This document shows positions 61,487 to 64,000 of a DNA stretch of 64,000 bases, piece by piece. Origin of the DNA: Camelus dromedarius (lineage: Eukaryota); contig NC_087436.1 of assembly GCF_036321535.1 (NCBI RefSeq), forward strand, positions 96,908,001 through 96,972,000. The letters are read 5' to 3'. The notes beneath the pieces are model-generated. The model was not told the origin of the DNA. It did no database searches and saw only the letters and a program-made list of their open reading frames with translations. The first letter of the stretch is position 1. Every line of letters begins with the position of its first letter. Both the position numbers and the translations under genes were made by a program.

Positions 61487-64000
61487 GTAGCAATGGATGG
61501 GAGATCCCATATTGATAGTTGTACTTCATGCATGGAGGCTATCAGTCCGGATGAATGCAAGTCTCCAACTGTATTTTCTAAATTACATAAAATCAAAAAA
61601 CTACCTGATGTATCTGAACATCAAGAAAGTTTTGGCAAGCTCCAGGAAATTTCTGATAAATCAGGATGATGGTCCTTGACTTCAGTGTGTTTACCATCTA
61701 GTAGGGAAGTAGAGATGCTAGATTAAATGTTAAAAATAATTTACGTATATAGTGTCATGATAAAGCATGACAAAATATAATAAAAACCAATAAAAATGAA
61801 AATAGCATGGGGATAGAGAAAAGTGGGACAGTGAATTAGATATGGATGATCTCATATACCCTGTTTGGCATATTTAACTCTGAAGAAATATGATGCCTTC
61901 CAGAAGTCCAGTTCATTCTCTGAGACTTTCTGTAGCTGCAGATTTCCAAAATAATTCTCTCTAGTCTTTGAAGATGTTCCAAAAGAGTGCCAAGCGTGCT
62001 TTGGACAGTATTACATTCTTAGAATAAAAGTATAGAAGACTATTCAATTGAAAAAGCATATGGTTAGATTAGGACAGATATGTTTAGGAAACTTTCTCAC
62101 TCATTTCTAATAAATTAAATAAAAATAATTAAATCACAGAATTTTAGAGTCTAGGTTTAGTAGATTAATTTCATTTTCTAAACTTGATACAATCACTTTT
62201 CTTAACTTGTATAATTCACTCAAAACTCTGAAGAAGACATGTCAGAACCTCAATTTAAATAAAAATTATCCTATTTTTTTTCTGTTCTACTCCATTCGGA
62301 AGAAAAAAGGGGTGGGGTATAACTAACTCTCAGAAAAATTTATATTTAACAAATATAGGTATATATATAAATATAAATATATTTATATAAATATGTTAAC
62401 ATATATAAGTATAAATATTAAAAAAATCAGACAGACTAGATTACAAAACTGTAGAAATCACAGTAGATGTTTCTGCAAGTAACTGTGTATCAATTTCCAG
62501 TAAGAAAGAATTTCATATCACATACGGTGAAAAAAAAACCCTGCAAAATATTAATAGAAAGATAAGATGATGAAGTTTTTTATATCAATAAGGTAGGTGA
62601 TAAATTTTTTTCCTTCACATTATGACTAGAAATGAGTATATAAACACATTTAATGAAAAGCTACTATTTAATGACACATTTCTTTTTAAGAAACAGCCCA
62701 TTATTTTGCCAGAGTCTAAGGATAGTCTTCCTTTATCAAAGTCAGAATTCAAGGTTAGAGAATTCTTTGCATTTGTCAAGAAAGCACTCAAATTGTGCAC
62801 ATTTTCCTCAAAAGCTGTCTACTGACTACAAGCATTTTAGGTCATGGGGGAAATTCAAGCTCTTACGTGAATGCCAGCTCTCAGTTACCTTTCTAAATTT
62901 TCTCAACAATTGAAGAGCAAATGGAAAAGGGAAAAACTGAACACATGCCAAGTTTGCTTCTTTGTACAGACTTTTAGAATCATAGGAAGAAAAATGGAGG
63001 AGAAAGAGGCTGTGTTTTCAAAAGATATCATTTCTGCCAATGATTTCGAAGAAAAGATGCTCATTGTTTGTTTTTCTCAAAAAGAAGACATTAAAAAATA
63101 CTAAGGATTAACGCAAACATCCACAATCATTCTGCTCTTAAGAGCATATGAGGCTTGGACAGGGGCAGAGAACTAAAAGTTTCTGAGTTTAAAAGTGCCC
63201 CCATGTGGAAAGAAGCAATCATTACTACCTCTTACAGTTTTGTTCCATTTATTTCCACACCTGGTACCTTGAGATTCATCAAGATTTCTGATGAAAGCTG
63301 CCCAATTTATTATGTCAACAAAATAATTATGATTTATCAGCCTCTTATTTTATTTGATGACGACATTGGTAGATGCAAGCAGAAAATACGGACAGCATCA
63401 TTTTGTTTATCATATATCCCTAATGCTTAGCTAAGCTCTTGGCACAAAATAGAAGATAAATAAATATTTTTTGAACTAACAGAGCTCTGATTGTGCAGTC
63501 ATATAAGCTAAAAATCTAAAGGCAACATTCATGCTTCTTGTCTTCACAGCCCACATCCAATAATCCGGTTCCATTGATTGTACTTCTGAAACTTGCAAAC
63601 GTCCCTTGAATCCAGACCTATTCCATTTTGCTGCCCAGGTTGAGGTGCACATAAACTCTTCTCTGGTCGTAGGCAGTGCCTCCTAACTGGTCCAGTCTGA
63701 CCCAGCATTCGCTGCTAGCAGAGGTATCCTAAAACAAAGCTGATGAGCTGTCTTCTTGGCCCTTACAAAATAGTGTGGAGAGATGGGATGTCTAATACGG
63801 CAAAGTGAGGAAGCTGGCATAGCCTTTCTACAGAAAATGACTTTAAAAGTAGACAGAATGTTTAAAAACAGACATTTCAGAGCCCTAGAAATAGATGAAA
63901 GGTAATGAGCCTAAATAATACCTTTTCAGTAGCCATCAGTACTTAATGTTCTTCGGTATTCCTTTTGGTGACATTATTTGAAATAGTTAAAAGAATAATA

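Noticed and set aside
1..64000. Prokaryotic systems (operons, CRISPR, defence islands) or an intact autonomous transposon or retrovirus
   Set aside because: No long ORFs, no repeat-spacer arrays and no intact gag/pol/env, transposase or L1 RT. The content is typical mammalian intronic or intergenic DNA.

Overview
AT-rich, CpG-depleted eutherian mammalian genomic DNA, not prokaryotic. A tRNA-Ala-derived SINE at about 41.1 kb and artiodactyl-type L1 3' ends point to a camelid (alpaca, llama or camel); this is an inference. Most of the window is decayed interspersed repeats: several L1 LINEs, L2 and MIR relics, a full LTR-internal-LTR MaLR provirus, multiple solo LTRs, Tigger and hAT MITEs, and microsatellites. 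Two non-repeat, CpG-retaining open frames on the minus strand (about 51.7-52.0 kb and 21.3-21.6 kb) have GT-AG boundaries and compatible splice phases. They look like exons of a large minus-strand gene that I could not identify. I found no convincing new biological system. The best leads are the candidate exon pair, an internally deleted L1 with both termini and a target-site duplication (TSD), a TSD-flanked inverted-L1/transduction insertion, and an unexplained 18-bp inverted repeat pair. All repeat family names come from motif recognition by eye, not from a database search, and boundaries are approximate.
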